Shown: positions 10,650 through 21,280 of the stretch, in pieces
Layout: each line of letters begins with the position of its first letter
Numbering within the stretch: position 1 is the first letter of the stretch
NCBI GenBank assembly: GCA_965197375.1
Contig: CBDAMZ010000005.1
Location: 12,037 to 76,036, forward strand
Source of the DNA: Vicinamibacterales bacterium
Lineage (GTDB): Bacteria > Acidobacteriota > Vicinamibacteria > Vicinamibacterales > UBA8438
Length of the DNA stretch: 64,000 nt
Direction of reading: 5' to 3'
Translations under genes and position numbers: made by a program
The notes under the pieces: model-generated
Database searches by the model: none
Told to the model about the DNA's origin: nothing
What the model saw: only the letters and a program-made list of their open reading frames with translations

Positions 10650-11001
10650 TCAGGGTGCACCTCGCCAAACTTGACGTTCACAGCTGGACGCGACTGAGAC
10701 GACCAGCCGGATCCACCGCGGCGCTCCCACTGCACCAGCAGCGCCAAGCACGACTGCAACTCTAGCTTGTTTGCTGGTACATCTACAATGAGGACAGAAC
10801 TTGCTAGACTCCTATTGTTGTCCCTCAAGGGACGTCACAACGCTTCATGCAGACCTTCCATCAGGCATCTACGTGCTCTGTAAGAAGACCCTCATCGCCC
10901 CAGAGGGGACGGTAAGCTAGGCGTCGAACGTCGTCAAGTCTAAGCTCATGGTACAGGAGATTCCAAGCGCGTCCGACACGACCCGTGCCAAGGTGGACTA
11001 G
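10650..11001 (+). pseudogene. Heavily decayed C-terminal part of a PilT/PilU-family pilus retraction ATPase
   Basis: Collinear fragments across frames: LDATETTSRI (10684), PLHQQRQARLQL (10727), QGTSQRFMQTFHQA (10826), ASNVVKSKLMVQEI (10921). They match PilT-type LDATETINRI..PPHQQKQIRLQL..GTSQYGMQTFDQ..ASNVDEFKLKVQGI. Confidence 0.8.
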
Positions 11002-11070
11002 TCGATCAACGCCGGTGCACCGCACGCCGCACAAAAAATCCACCAATGCGGCAGCTGGTATCGTGTCCCC

Positions 11071-11541
11071 GTGATGTCAGACGCGTACGCCATCGCCTTG
11101 ACTATGCTGTCCCGGGGCGAGCTCTCAACGGCGCAGCTGCGGGATCGCCTTCGTCGGAAGGGCCTAGCGCACGACCAGATCGACCGAGCTCTGCACCGGC
11201 TTCTGAGTGAGGGCGCTCTCAACGACCGCCGCGCCGCCGTCTCGTACGCACGGCATGCTGCCCTCATCAAGCTGCGGGGTCGGTTTCGTACGACCAAGGA
11301 GCTCGAAGCACGCGGGATCGGAAAGACCGATGCCCGCGCGGCCGTCACTGAGGTTTTTGGCGAACTCGACGAGCAAGTTCTTCTCGAACGGGCCTTAGCC
11401 CGGCGACTTGAAGGTCAAGTGAAGAGCCATAGCCAGTTCCGCCGACTGTATCACTACCTACTCAGGCAAGGGTTCGACGGGGCCCTGGCCATTGCCGAGC
11501 TCCGTTCGCGTACCGATCCTGAAGTGTTGCCAGACGACTAG
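11071..11541 (+). CDS. recX: Regulatory protein RecX
   Basis: LSRGELSTAQLRDRLRRKG, LND.RAA..Y, RG..R...EL..RGI, YLLRQGF; upstream of alaS. Confidence 0.88.
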   Translation: MMSDAYAIALTMLSRGELSTAQLRDRLRRKGLAHDQIDRALHRLLSEGALNDRRAAVSYARHAALIKLRGRFRTTKELEARGIGKTDARAAVTEVFGELDEQVLLERALARRLEGQVKSHSQFRRLYHYLLRQGFDGALAIAELRSRTDPEVLPDD

Positions 11542-11838
11542 TGTTACCTTTCATAAATACAACACATCGAGGGGACGAGACCCCATCATGGAAGGCACAG
11601 GGAGGGAGGACATCTGGAGTATTTAATGCGATCAACGTATTTAGGCAGATGCACTAATGGCCGGCTGTCAGAGTGCTTCAAAAAGGCGGCGCTAGGTCCA
11701 GATCGTCCCTTGGTCCGACACCGTTGCCGGAGACGACCGAGTAATGAAAGACGTCGATCGGCACGGCACATTGACTCCGATGACGACCAGGACTAGCACT
11801 TCGAAGGCATAAACTACTATTGTGACAGGACAGGATCT

Positions 11839-14538
11839 ATGACGTCCGCTGAGATCAGACAGAGCTTCCTGGATTTCTTCGAATCGCACGATCACCGCAT
11901 CGTGCCAAGTGCGTCGCTGGTGCCTAGCGACGACCCGACGCTTCTGTTCACCAATGCCGGGATGAACCAATTTAAGGATACCTTTCTCAGCGAGGGTCGC
12001 TACGATTACCGGCGGGCTGCCAGCGTACAAAAATGTATGCGCGTCAGCGGCAAGCACAACGACCTCGACAACGTAGGTCCCTCTCTGCGCCACCACACGT
12101 TCTTCGAAATGCTTGGCAATTTTTCGTTCGGCGACTACTTCAAGGCCGAGGCGATCGCGTTCGCCTGGCAACTGCTGACTGACGTCTGGAAGCTTCCACC
12201 GGAGCGGTTGTACGCAACGATCTTTAAAGGTGAAGCGGAGATTCCAAAAGACGACGAAGCGTACTCCACCTGGCGACGCTTGCTGCCGGCGGAGCGAATC
12301 GGCGAGATGGGCCTAGCTGAAAATTTCTGGGCTATGGGCAACACCGGGCCCTGCGGCCGCTGCTCGGAAATTCACTTCTATCGAGGAGATCATCTCCCCT
12401 GCCCGGAGTCGACGTGCTTAGGCCTCGACTGCAGTTGCGATCGCTACGTGGAAATCTGGAATAACGTCTTTATGGAGTTCGAGCGCCAAGCAGATGGGAC
12501 ATTGACGCCACTACCGGCCCCCTCGATCGACACCGGCATGGGGCTCGAGCGGGTCGTGGCGGTACTCCAAAACAAACTCTCGAATTACGACACCGATTTA
12601 TTCACGCCTCTGTTGAGTCGGATCGGCCAACTCGCGGGTGTTAGTTACGGCCCGCTCGTCGGCAACGGTTCCACCGGCGCCGGCGACGTGTCCATTCGTC
12701 TCATCGCGGACCACATGCGAGCGATGACGTTTCTTATCGCCGACGGCGTGCTCCCATCGAACGAATGGCGCGGTTATGTCCTACGGAAAATCATGCGGCG
12801 CGCCATGCGCCACGGGAAGAAACTGGGAATGACCGAGCCATTGTTACACATGCTCGTGGAGGTCATTGTCGACGAAATGGGGACAGCCCACCCAGAGCTT
12901 TGCGCCAACCGAGACGCGATCGTGAAAGTTGTGCGGACAGAGGAGGAAAGGTTCGACGCAGTTTTAAGCGGTGGTCTTCCAAGGCTGGAAGCGGCGCTCG
13001 CCGAGACGGAACGGACGTCACGGACGATCGCCGGTGACGAAGTTTTCAGACTGTACGACACGTTTGGGCTACCGCTTGATTTTATAGAGGACATTGCGGG
13101 CGAGCGAACTTTTGGCGTCGACCGCGCGGGTTTCGAACGAGCGCTCGAGACCCAGCGCCAGAAGTCTCGCGCCGGTCAGGCGTTCGGCACGGGCAGTAAG
13201 CAGGAGTGGATGTACGCTTCAAAAAAGGATCGGCAAACTTTTCAGAAAATGGAAAATCGCTCAGAAAGCTACGACATAACGACGGTCCAGACAATACCGA
13301 TCGTTGCACTGTTCGACTCCGAGTGCCGGCAAGTCAAGGAACTGGGCGAAGGTGCCACGGGCTACGTCCTACTGGAGCACACGCCCTTCTATCTCGAGGC
13401 CGGCGGCCAGGTCTCTGACACGGGGTGGCTGCGAGGTGAACATAGCGAAGCTACCGTCGAGGCGATGGTCCGCTTGATCCCAGGCGGACCACGTGTCCAC
13501 GCGGTCCGTGTCGCATCGGGACGTCTGGCGCCACGCATGTCCGTCACAGCGGAAGTCGATCAACGTCGTCGAGACGCGACGGCTCGTAACCACACGGCGA
13601 CACATCTACTACATGCGGCCCTCCGTCAGGTGGCGGGCACCCACGTGAAGCAAGCCGGTTCCTTGGTCGCCCCCGACCGTCTCCGGTTCGATTTCGTACA
13701 CTCCGAAGGCCTCACAGCCGCACAGATTAACGAGCTTGAACTGGTGGTCAACTCCCATATCTATGGCAACCAAGAGGTCCGTACTTACCTGCGCGCAACC
13801 GAGGAAGCAATTGCTGACGGGGCAATGGCACTGTTCGGTGAGAAATACGGCAAGCAGGTGCGTGTAGTGTCAATCACAGGCTTCTCAATGGAACTGTGCG
13901 GCGGTACGCATTGCCGTGCCACCGGAGATATTGGGCCGTTCGTCATCACGCAGGAAGTTGGCGTGGCTGCGGGCGTTCGCCGCATCGAAGCAGTCACGGG
14001 TAAATACGCGGTCGAACAGCTACAGCAGCGCCGTCAGGCGGTCGGCGGCATCCTCGATGTGCTCGGCGTGACCGAGGACAAAGCAGCAGCAGTTGTCCAG
14101 AAACTGCAGACAGAAGCCAAGCGTCTCGCCCGGGAAGTCGAGCAGCTCAAGGTCGAGGCCATTATGGGATCGCCGGGTGGTTTGACCCACGACATCATCA
14201 ATATTGATGGGGTCAAGATGGTGACGCGCCGCGTATCCGGCCTTGACAAGGGGACTCTCCGAGCGCTGGCCGACTCGCTTCGGGATCGACTCGGCAGCGG
14301 CGTTGTAGTACTGGCATCGGAGACCGATGACAAGGTTTCCCTCGTTGCTTCGGTGACTAAGGACCTGACGGATCGCGTGCACGCCGGTGACCTCGTGAAA
14401 GCAATCGCCCCGATTATTGGCGGAGATGGTGGCGGACGTCCAGACTTTGCCCAAGCGGGCGGGCGCTTGCCAAACCAAATCGACGCGGTGTTCTCCGAGA
14501 GTCAGACGGTTGTGAGCCGCATGCTCTCAAGCCGCTAG
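11839..14538 (+). CDS. alaS: Alanine--tRNA ligase
   Basis: DPTLLFTNAGMNQFK, HHTFFEMLGNFSFGDYFK, HTATHLLH, ELCGGTH, GGG.PDFAQAGG. Confidence 0.98.
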   Translation: MTSAEIRQSFLDFFESHDHRIVPSASLVPSDDPTLLFTNAGMNQFKDTFLSEGRYDYRRAASVQKCMRVSGKHNDLDNVGPSLRHHTFFEMLGNFSFGDYFKAEAIAFAWQLLTDVWKLPPERLYATIFKGEAEIPKDDEAYSTWRRLLPAERIGEMGLAENFWAMGNTGPCGRCSEIHFYRGDHLPCPESTCLGLDCSCDRYVEIWNNVFMEFERQADGTLTPLPAPSIDTGMGLERVVAVLQNKLSNYDTDLFTPLLSRIGQLAGVSYGPLVGNGSTGAGDVSIRLIADHMRAMTFLIADGVLPSNEWRGYVLRKIMRRAMRHGKKLGMTEPLLHMLVEVIVDEMGTAHPELCANRDAIVKVVRTEEERFDAVLSGGLPRLEAALAETERTSRTIAGDEVFRLYDTFGLPLDFIEDIAGERTFGVDRAGFERALETQRQKSRAGQAFGTGSKQEWMYASKKDRQTFQKMENRSESYDITTVQTIPIVALFDSECRQVKELGEGATGYVLLEHTPFYLEAGGQVSDTGWLRGEHSEATVEAMVRLIPGGPRVHAVRVASGRLAPRMSVTAEVDQRRRDATARNHTATHLLHAALRQVAGTHVKQAGSLVAPDRLRFDFVHSEGLTAAQINELELVVNSHIYGNQEVRTYLRATEEAIADGAMALFGEKYGKQVRVVSITGFSMELCGGTHCRATGDIGPFVITQEVGVAAGVRRIEAVTGKYAVEQLQQRRQAVGGILDVLGVTEDKAAAVVQKLQTEAKRLAREVEQLKVEAIMGSPGGLTHDIINIDGVKMVTRRVSGLDKGTLRALADSLRDRLGSGVVVLASETDDKVSLVASVTKDLTDRVHAGDLVKAIAPIIGGDGGGRPDFAQAGGRLPNQIDAVFSESQTVVSRMLSSR

Positions 14539-14654
14539 CCACTAAACCATCTAGCAGAGTTGTGCTGAAGGGTCTTCTCGCGCTCGGTTCCTTTAGGCTA
14601 GCCACCCTCGCGGCACCGGCCGCATGACTGCACAGTGGCTACCAAACCGCGATA

Positions 14655-15041
14655 GTGTCCACTCTCCCACTGTTGCAGATACGGTTGGATGTGTGGCCGG
14701 ATGTAACCTGCCTCTTCAGAACGCGCGGCGCGGCTCAAAAGGCATGCAGGGGCGGTAAAATCAACGTAAACGGCCAACGAGCGAAGCCGCACCGTAAAGT
14801 CTACCGAGGCGATCAAATCACCATCACACGACCGACCGGTCTAAAACAGCGGATCGCAGTGAGGGAACTCACCGATCGATCTGTCCCGAAAGCGATAGCC
14901 AGAACCTTGTACGAGGACCACACCCCAGCGCTGAGCCCGGATGAGGTGGAGTTCAGACACTTTTTGCGCCGGCTGGCACCTTCGGCGGCACCCGGTAAAC
15001 ACGAGCGCCGCCGCCGCCGTCAGTCAAAGGAACGCGGATAA
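14655..15041 (+). CDS. S4-domain RNA-binding protein (Hsp15/HslR-like)
   Basis: RLDVW...CLFRTR..AQKAC.GGKINVNGQRAKP, A..LYEDHTP. Confidence 0.85.
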   Translation: MSTLPLLQIRLDVWPDVTCLFRTRGAAQKACRGGKINVNGQRAKPHRKVYRGDQITITRPTGLKQRIAVRELTDRSVPKAIARTLYEDHTPALSPDEVEFRHFLRRLAPSAAPGKHERRRRRQSKERG

Positions 15042-15055
15042 CCACTATATCGGTA

Positions 15056-15061
15056 TATAAT
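15056..15061 (+). promoter_or_regulatory. Putative -10 box (TATAAT) 9 nt before rpsT ATG
   Basis: cggtaTATAATggcgtgtttATG. Confidence 0.45.
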
Positions 15062-15070
15062 GGCGTGTTT

Positions 15071-15343
15071 ATGGCGACACACAAATCGGCTCTTAAAGCG
15101 CACCGGCAGAGCCTAAAGCGCCGCGAGCGAAACCGCCAGCTCCGCAGCCAGATGCGACGCGCACTGAGGTCGTTCAGGACAGCTGCCGGCGATGGCGATA
15201 CCATCAAGGTAGCCAAGGCCCTAGGATCGACCGTTTCGTGGGTCGACAAGCTCGCCGGAAAAGGCGTTATCCATGCCAATGCCGCGGCGCGTCACAAGTC
15301 GCGACTGGCCAAGCTCATGGCTAAGGCCGAGTTAGAGAGCTAG
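15071..15343 (+). CDS. rpsT: 30S ribosomal protein S20
   Basis: MATHKSALKAHRQSLKRRERNR..RS, DKLAGKGVIHANAAARHKSRL. Confidence 0.95.
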   Translation: MATHKSALKAHRQSLKRRERNRQLRSQMRRALRSFRTAAGDGDTIKVAKALGSTVSWVDKLAGKGVIHANAAARHKSRLAKLMAKAELES

Positions 15344-16290
15344 TTGCCACTAGCGCCGGAGTGGATCAGCGCGGCGCCACATAGCTCCACTACCAACCGC
15401 TCCAGCAACACCCGTGGCTCACCTGCTGATCGCTTGAGGTCGAGATCCGTACGGAACACTGCGTCAACCGCTGTAGGGACCCGGACGCCCAGCAGGCGTG
15501 TCCGCACCACCCAGGCCAGTTGACCCAGGACCATGTGCGGTACAGCCCCAGCCTCCAACGCTAGCGCGAGCTCACGCAAGGCAACCTCAGTGGCGCCCCG
15601 CTCGATGGCCCGCGCGACTGCCCAGTCGTCGTGAGCGGCTGCAGGCCCAGCAACCTCCTGCACATCCGTGATAGCAATCGACGGCTTGCCTGTAGCGAAA
15701 AGGAGAAGTCGATCGACTTCACCCCGCAGACGTCCAAGGTCTGGGCCCACTAATTCACCGAGGAACCGAAGCGCTGCCGGTTCAATTTGTTTACCTGCCG
15801 CTGTCACACGCGCACGGATCCAGCGCTTGGCGTCCGTCACGTCCTCAAGCCCACCACACCGCACAACGGTGGCTCGGCTCAGGAGTCGCTTGCTGATCCG
15901 GCGCCGTTCATCCAGATCAGCCGCCACGAGGACAAGCGTAGCGTGCACAGCTGGCGCGTCGAGATACCGCTCGAACGCGTCTAGATCCTGCATGGTCGAC
16001 TGGTTTTCACGCTTTGGATTCAGAAAGCGCTCCGCCCGAAGCGCGATCACGACACGCCGCGGCGCCATCATGGGTAGAGTGCGCAACGCATCGAGTACGG
16101 CACCCAACCTGACGTCACCACCGTGCAAGCGCTCGACATTGAATGCACGAATTTCCTCGTCGACGATATCTTCAAATTCCGAGGCAAGCTCAGCCTTCTC
16201 ATGTTCATCATCACCAAGAACAAGGTAAACGGGAGCGACCGCGCCAGACTTAATTTGTTTTCGTAGAGCGGCTGGCGTAAGGCTTGGCAT
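15340..16290 (-). CDS. holA: DNA polymerase III delta subunit
   Basis: PVYLVLGDD, FNVERLHG, TLPMMAPRRVV; leuS-lptE-holA-rpsT synteny. Confidence 0.88.
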   Translation of the reverse strand: MPSLTPAALRKQIKSGAVAPVYLVLGDDEHEKAELASEFEDIVDEEIRAFNVERLHGGDVRLGAVLDALRTLPMMAPRRVVIALRAERFLNPKRENQSTMQDLDAFERYLDAPAVHATLVLVAADLDERRRISKRLLSRATVVRCGGLEDVTDAKRWIRARVTAAGKQIEPAALRFLGELVGPDLGRLRGEVDRLLLFATGKPSIAITDVQEVAGPAAAHDDWAVARAIERGATEVALRELALALEAGAVPHMVLGQLAWVVRTRLLGVRVPTAVDAVFRTDLDLKRSAGEPRVLLERLVVELCGAALIHSGASGN

Positions 16291-16389
16291 TGACTAAGTG
16301 CTACCTTCCAGAAACGCAGCAGGGCCAAAAACACCGGCCCCGTAAGGCGCGAGGAGAAAGAATATTTGGAGCATTTGGCCAACGACCAA

Positions 16390-16956
16390 TTAGAAAGCTT
16401 CAAGGATAGAGCTGACAACTGTCTGCGCGAAATCCTGGGCGATGCGCTCAACAGCGTTAGAGCGCTGCCCGAAGAAGGCCGAAACATCGGCAACTGCTCC
16501 CGCCCCTGAGGCCACCTCATACTCGTCACTAAATACGAGCTGCGGATTGTTCCACAGTGCCTCATCAGAAGCCACGTCTAGAAACTCGATGCTGGCCGTG
16601 AGCGTGAAGATATAGCGGGACGCCTGCTGATCGCCGGTGAAGCTTGCGGGCACGACAGTGATGGTGCTGATGGTGCCGTTCAGTACAGCGTCAACACCAG
16701 TAGCACCTGGAAGCACACGGTACCGACCGCGCCCAATGAATGCGGTTCGCACCTGCTGCGTCAGCAGCTGCTCAACCTCAAACGCGGCCGTGTTATTGAC
16801 GAACATCGGAATACCGATCGTTTTGATGTGGTCCGGGATAAAAGATCCCCGCCCAGACAGCGTGTAGCCGCACGATGTCGTCATTGCAACTATCACAACG
16901 AGAGTTCCCAAACGGCACGCCTCGTGGAACGGCTTCCCCATGATGTGCTCCCTCAT
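16390..16956 (-). CDS. lptE: LptE family LPS assembly lipoprotein
   Basis: Lipobox-like TSC-GY, IKTIGIPMFVNNT; between leuS and holA. Confidence 0.78.
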   Translation of the reverse strand: MREHIMGKPFHEACRLGTLVVIVAMTTSCGYTLSGRGSFIPDHIKTIGIPMFVNNTAAFEVEQLLTQQVRTAFIGRGRYRVLPGATGVDAVLNGTISTITVVPASFTGDQQASRYIFTLTASIEFLDVASDEALWNNPQLVFSDEYEVASGAGAVADVSAFFGQRSNAVERIAQDFAQTVVSSILEAF

Positions 16957-16969
16957 AACCCGAACGTTA

Positions 16970-19522
16970 CTATTTCGTGACGACGCTCACGACCTTTCGT
17001 GGAACGACGACGACGCGGTCGATACTCTTGCCCGACGTATATGTCTGAACGTTCGGGTGTTCTAGCGCCAACTGTCTGAGCTCTGTCTCAGGTGTTTCTG
17101 CCGCCACGGTTAACCGAGCCCGTACCTTGCCGTTCACCTGGATCGGAAGAACCAGCTCCTCCGCCCGCGCTATGTCCGGGTCGAACGCCGGCCAACCAGA
17201 GGCTTCGACCCCCTCACTATGGCCCAACGCCTCCCAGAGCTCTTCGGCCAAGTGGGGCGTAAAGGGCGCTAGCATTAGGACAAGTGCCTCTGTTGCCTCC
17301 TTCAGGACCGCGGCCGTACTCGATGATGCGAACAAGGCCTCTTGGCCAGGCTCCGTTAAATATGGTCCAAGCCGTTCCTGTTCGCAGAAGGCGTAGAGCT
17401 CATTGGTTAACTCCATCAGGGCCGACACGGCCGTATTAAGATGGACCCGGGGATCAAGATCGGCCGACACGCGCCGGATGGTATCGTGGGTCTTACGGCG
17501 CAACGAACGCTCGGCATCGGTCAGCACGGCTGGCACCGGAACTACGACCACGCCACTCCCAAACGTCGCCGCTAACGGAGTCACGAGCCGCCAAACTCGG
17601 CTGAGGAACCGTGCGCTTCCCTCGAGCCCTGCATCAGTCCACTCGGTTTCCTTTTCCGGCGGTGCAACGAACATTTCGTAGAGCCGCAAGGCGTCGGCAC
17701 CATATATCGACGTCATTTCGTCAGGGTCGACCACATTACCTTTCGACTTCGACATGACCGCTCCGTTACGCAATACCATTCCCTGGGTAAGTAGACGGGT
17801 AAATGGCTCGTCATGCGCCACCAACCCAAGGTCCCGGAGTACCTTGCAAAAGAACCTAGAGTAGATCAAATGAAGAATAGCGTGCTCCACACCACCGCTG
17901 TAGAAATCGACCGGCGCCCAATACGCTACGTTTGAGGAACTAAATGGCGCCGCATCGTTCCGTGGGTCGCAGTACCGGTAGAAGTACCAAGACGAATCGA
18001 CGAAGGTGTCCATCGTATCCGTTTCGCGGCGAGCCTGGCCTCCGCACTCTGGGCAGGTGGTGTTAACAAACTCGGCCACCTGTGCCAACGGCGACTCGCC
18101 CCGACCCGTAAACACATCGACGCTCGGCAACTCGACCGGCAGCTGCTTATAAGGCACTGGACACACACTGCAGTCATCGCAGTAGATGATCGGAATTGGT
18201 GTGCCCCAGTAGCGCTGACGAGAAATCCCCCAGTCTTTAAGCCGAAACAGAACTTCTGCCCGGCCAATGCCACGTTCTGTCGCCGCACGCGTCATAACCG
18301 CGATGGCTTCGGCGCTCGGGAGGCCAGAAAACTCCCCGGAGTTAACCACGCGGCCAGGCTCCGTAAAGGGCACCTCTAGCTTCGCTCCCGACACCGGCTC
18401 GGCCCCATCCGGCTGAACCACCACCCGCACCGGTAGACCATATTTCCTGGCAAAATCGAAGTCGCGTTTGTCATGAGCGGGGACAGCCATGATAGCGCCC
18501 GTTCCATATTCCGCTAGCACGAAATTGGCAATCCAGATCGGAACCGACGCGCCGGTGAACGGATTGATGGCCCGGCGCCCCGTATCGAAGCCTTCCTTCT
18601 CGATTTGCCCAGTCAGGCGAGCTGTCCGGTCAAGCGCGCGAAACCGTCCGACCCGCTCGCGGAACATTCCTGCCTCTGGGCTTTCGGCCACGAATCGCTC
18701 GACGAGCTCGTGTTCAGGTGCCAACAAGACGAACGTCGCGCCGTAGACCGTGTCGATCCGCGTCGTGAAGATCTCAATCCCGTTATCGATCGTGTCGGCC
18801 GAACCCTCCGCCACCATAATTAGAAACCGGACCATCGCTCCTTCTGACCGGCCGATCCAGTTCCGCTGCATCGTCAGTACCTTGGCGGGCCACTGGTCAA
18901 GCTCGTCCGTTTTCGTGAGCAACTCATCCGCGTAACGAGTGATCCGCAAGAACCACTGTTCGAGATCGCGCGTTCCTACTTGTGTGCCGCACCGCCAGCA
19001 GCCGCCCTCCACCACCTGTTCATTAGCTAGTACAGTCTGGCAGCTCTGGCACCAATTTACGCTCGAGCGTTTTCGATAGGCGAGGTCACGCTCGTACATC
19101 TTCAAGAAGATCCACTGATTCCACTTGTAGTAGTCCTGCTCGCAGGTGGCAAATTCTCTCTCCCACGCATAGCTGATCCCCAAGCGCTGAAGCTGGCTTT
19201 TCATGTGAGCGATGTTGGCTCGCGTTAAGGTCTCTGGATGGATGCCGTCCTTGATCGCTGCGTTCTCGGCCGGCATCCCGAACGCGTCCCAGCCAAACGG
19301 ATGGAGCACGTTGTAGCCACGCATCCGCTTCATCCTAGCGACCACGTCTCCTATCACGTAGTTCCGAACATGACCCACGTGCGCGTGTCCAGAGGGATAT
19401 GCGAACATCACAAGGCAATAGAATTTTGGGCGAGCCGGGTCCACCGCCACCTCGAAGGTTCGGCGCTCAGCCCATCGTTGTTGCCACTTACGCTCGATGG
19501 CTTGCGGGTTGTACTCGCGCAC
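16970..19522 (-). CDS. leuS: Leucine--tRNA ligase
   Basis: [44 protein letters not shown]. Confidence 0.98.
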   Translation of the reverse strand: MREYNPQAIERKWQQRWAERRTFEVAVDPARPKFYCLVMFAYPSGHAHVGHVRNYVIGDVVARMKRMRGYNVLHPFGWDAFGMPAENAAIKDGIHPETLTRANIAHMKSQLQRLGISYAWEREFATCEQDYYKWNQWIFLKMYERDLAYRKRSSVNWCQSCQTVLANEQVVEGGCWRCGTQVGTRDLEQWFLRITRYADELLTKTDELDQWPAKVLTMQRNWIGRSEGAMVRFLIMVAEGSADTIDNGIEIFTTRIDTVYGATFVLLAPEHELVERFVAESPEAGMFRERVGRFRALDRTARLTGQIEKEGFDTGRRAINPFTGASVPIWIANFVLAEYGTGAIMAVPAHDKRDFDFARKYGLPVRVVVQPDGAEPVSGAKLEVPFTEPGRVVNSGEFSGLPSAEAIAVMTRAATERGIGRAEVLFRLKDWGISRQRYWGTPIPIIYCDDCSVCPVPYKQLPVELPSVDVFTGRGESPLAQVAEFVNTTCPECGGQARRETDTMDTFVDSSWYFYRYCDPRNDAAPFSSSNVAYWAPVDFYSGGVEHAILHLIYSRFFCKVLRDLGLVAHDEPFTRLLTQGMVLRNGAVMSKSKGNVVDPDEMTSIYGADALRLYEMFVAPPEKETEWTDAGLEGSARFLSRVWRLVTPLAATFGSGVVVVPVPAVLTDAERSLRRKTHDTIRRVSADLDPRVHLNTAVSALMELTNELYAFCEQERLGPYLTEPGQEALFASSSTAAVLKEATEALVLMLAPFTPHLAEELWEALGHSEGVEASGWPAFDPDIARAEELVLPIQVNGKVRARLTVAAETPETELRQLALEHPNVQTYTSGKSIDRVVVVPRKVVSVVTK

Positions 19523-19979
19523 AGGACTTTGTGCATAGTGTAGGCCAAAACGAAACTCTGGTGAACCACGTATTCGCGAAACGCTATGTAGTGCGCTGGA
19601 ACAAAAAACAGATCATCCTGGCATTAATGAACTAGAGCGGCCACTGACCCAATGCGGTGCACCAGAAAGCATCGCTCTAAGATGCCCCATGGTACGTACT
19701 CGAAATCCCAAAGAACGTGATCCTAAGAACTACCAGCGGATCACAGGCACCACGAATCTCAAACCGTTTCTGACAACACGGCGTATTTTTAGCGTGTCGC
19801 TGACGCTGACACTCGTGCTCTTACTGCTGTCATTCGTCCCTCGCGTGCAGGTAAGCGAAATCCTTACTCAGTCGTTCTGGGGAGCGGCCGCGATGCTACT
19901 AGCGTGGCAGCTAGTGCTTTTTCTAAAACTCAGACGGTGCGCCGAAGAGCGGTCACTCGGAATACTGATCCGCCCACAG

Positions 19980-21280
19980 TGAATCGTACCGGGTTTCTCG
20001 GAGACCGAATGCGTTGAATCAGGCCACCTCAGCCTGCTCATAGTACTGCGCCTCGAACTCTGCTGGTGGAATGTCCCCGAGCGGCCCCAACAGTCGTCGT
20101 GTGTTGAACCAGTCCACCCACGTCAAGGTGGCGAACTCCACGGCCTCGAGGGTGCGCCACGGGCCCTTCCGTCGAATCGCCTCCGTCTTGTACAAGCCGA
20201 TCACCGATTCGGCGAGGGCATTGTCATAGGCATCGCCTTGGCTGCCGACCGACGGCGCGATGCCGGCGTCCACGAGGCGATCCGTGTACCGCATCGAGAG
20301 ATATTGCGACCCGGCATCACTGTGATGTACGAGGCCGGTGAGGGCGTCGCCCCGGCGGGCGTAGATCGCCTGCTCCACCGCATCCAGCACAAAGTCCGTG
20401 CGCATGGAGGCCGACACCCGCCAGCCCACAATGCGTCGCGCAAACACGTCGATGACGAACGCGACGTAGCCAAAGCCGCCCCAGGGTGCGACGTACGTGA
20501 AATCGGAGACCCAGAGCTGATTCGGACGGGTGGCCACGAATCGGCGGTCAATGAGGTCCACCGGGCGACCGCCCTCACCGGCGTGGGTCGTGGTGACCCA
20601 GGCCCGGCCCCGGCAAGGCCCATCGCGCGCATCAGGCGCGCCACGGTGCAGCGCGCCACGCGGACGCCGTCCCGTCGCAGCTGCTTCCAGACTTTCCGGG
20701 GGCCGTAGACCTGCTGGTGCGCGTCATAGACCCGCTGAATCTCGACGCGGAGCTGATCGTCGCGCTGCGCCCGTGCGGACCGGCGCGTCGGATGTGTCCG
20801 CTGGTGCCGATGGCGATGAGTCCGTCGACGGGGCGATCGGCAGCACGGCGCAGATCGGCTCGACCCCGACCACGGCGCGATGGTCGGCGATGAACTGGAC
20901 CATCGTGGCGACGTCCTCCGGCGGTCGCGCTCCGCCTGGGCGAAATACGCGAACGCTTTCCGCAGGATCTCATTCGCCCGCTTCAGCTCACGGACCTCGC
21001 GCTCCAGCTCCTTCAACCGCTCCCGCTCGCTCGTCGTCAGGCCCGGCCGATGCCCAGCATCACGCTGCGCCTGCCGCACCCACTTCCGCAGCGTCTCCGC
21101 CGTGCAGCCGAGCTTCGGCGCCACCGACTGCAGCACCGCCCACTCTGAGGCGTGGGCCTCCCGGTACTCCTCGACCATCCGGACGGCACGTTCGCGCACT
21201 TCCGGAGAAAACCGACTGGGACGCCCCATAGCCCCCATCCTCCCAAGCAATGAGGTCTCCGAGAAACCCGGTACGATTCA
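19980..21280 (-). mobile_element. IS3-family (IS51/IS6110-like) insertion sequence, 1301 bp
   Basis: Perfect 27-bp terminal IRs TGAATCGTACCGGGTTTCTCGGAGACC, TG...CA ends, 3-bp target duplication CAG (19977-19979 / 21281-21283). Confidence 0.96.
20019..21229 (-). pseudogene. IS3 transposase orfA/orfB; orfB has two internal frameshifts
   Basis: Orf[36 protein letters not shown]. OrfB from 20903 [14 protein letters not shown]; rve motifs [24 protein letters not shown]. Frame changes near 20820 and 20610. Confidence 0.88.

Noticed and set aside
15340..15343. rpsT and holA stop codons share the palindrome CTAG
   Set aside because: A 4-nt convergent overlap is common, and holA/rpsT convergence is a usual arrangement.
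20201..21250. 349-aa ORF as a fused IS transposase
   Set aside because: It is a chimeric read of orfA, off-frame sequence and part of orfB caused by frameshifts, and it lacks the DDE domain.
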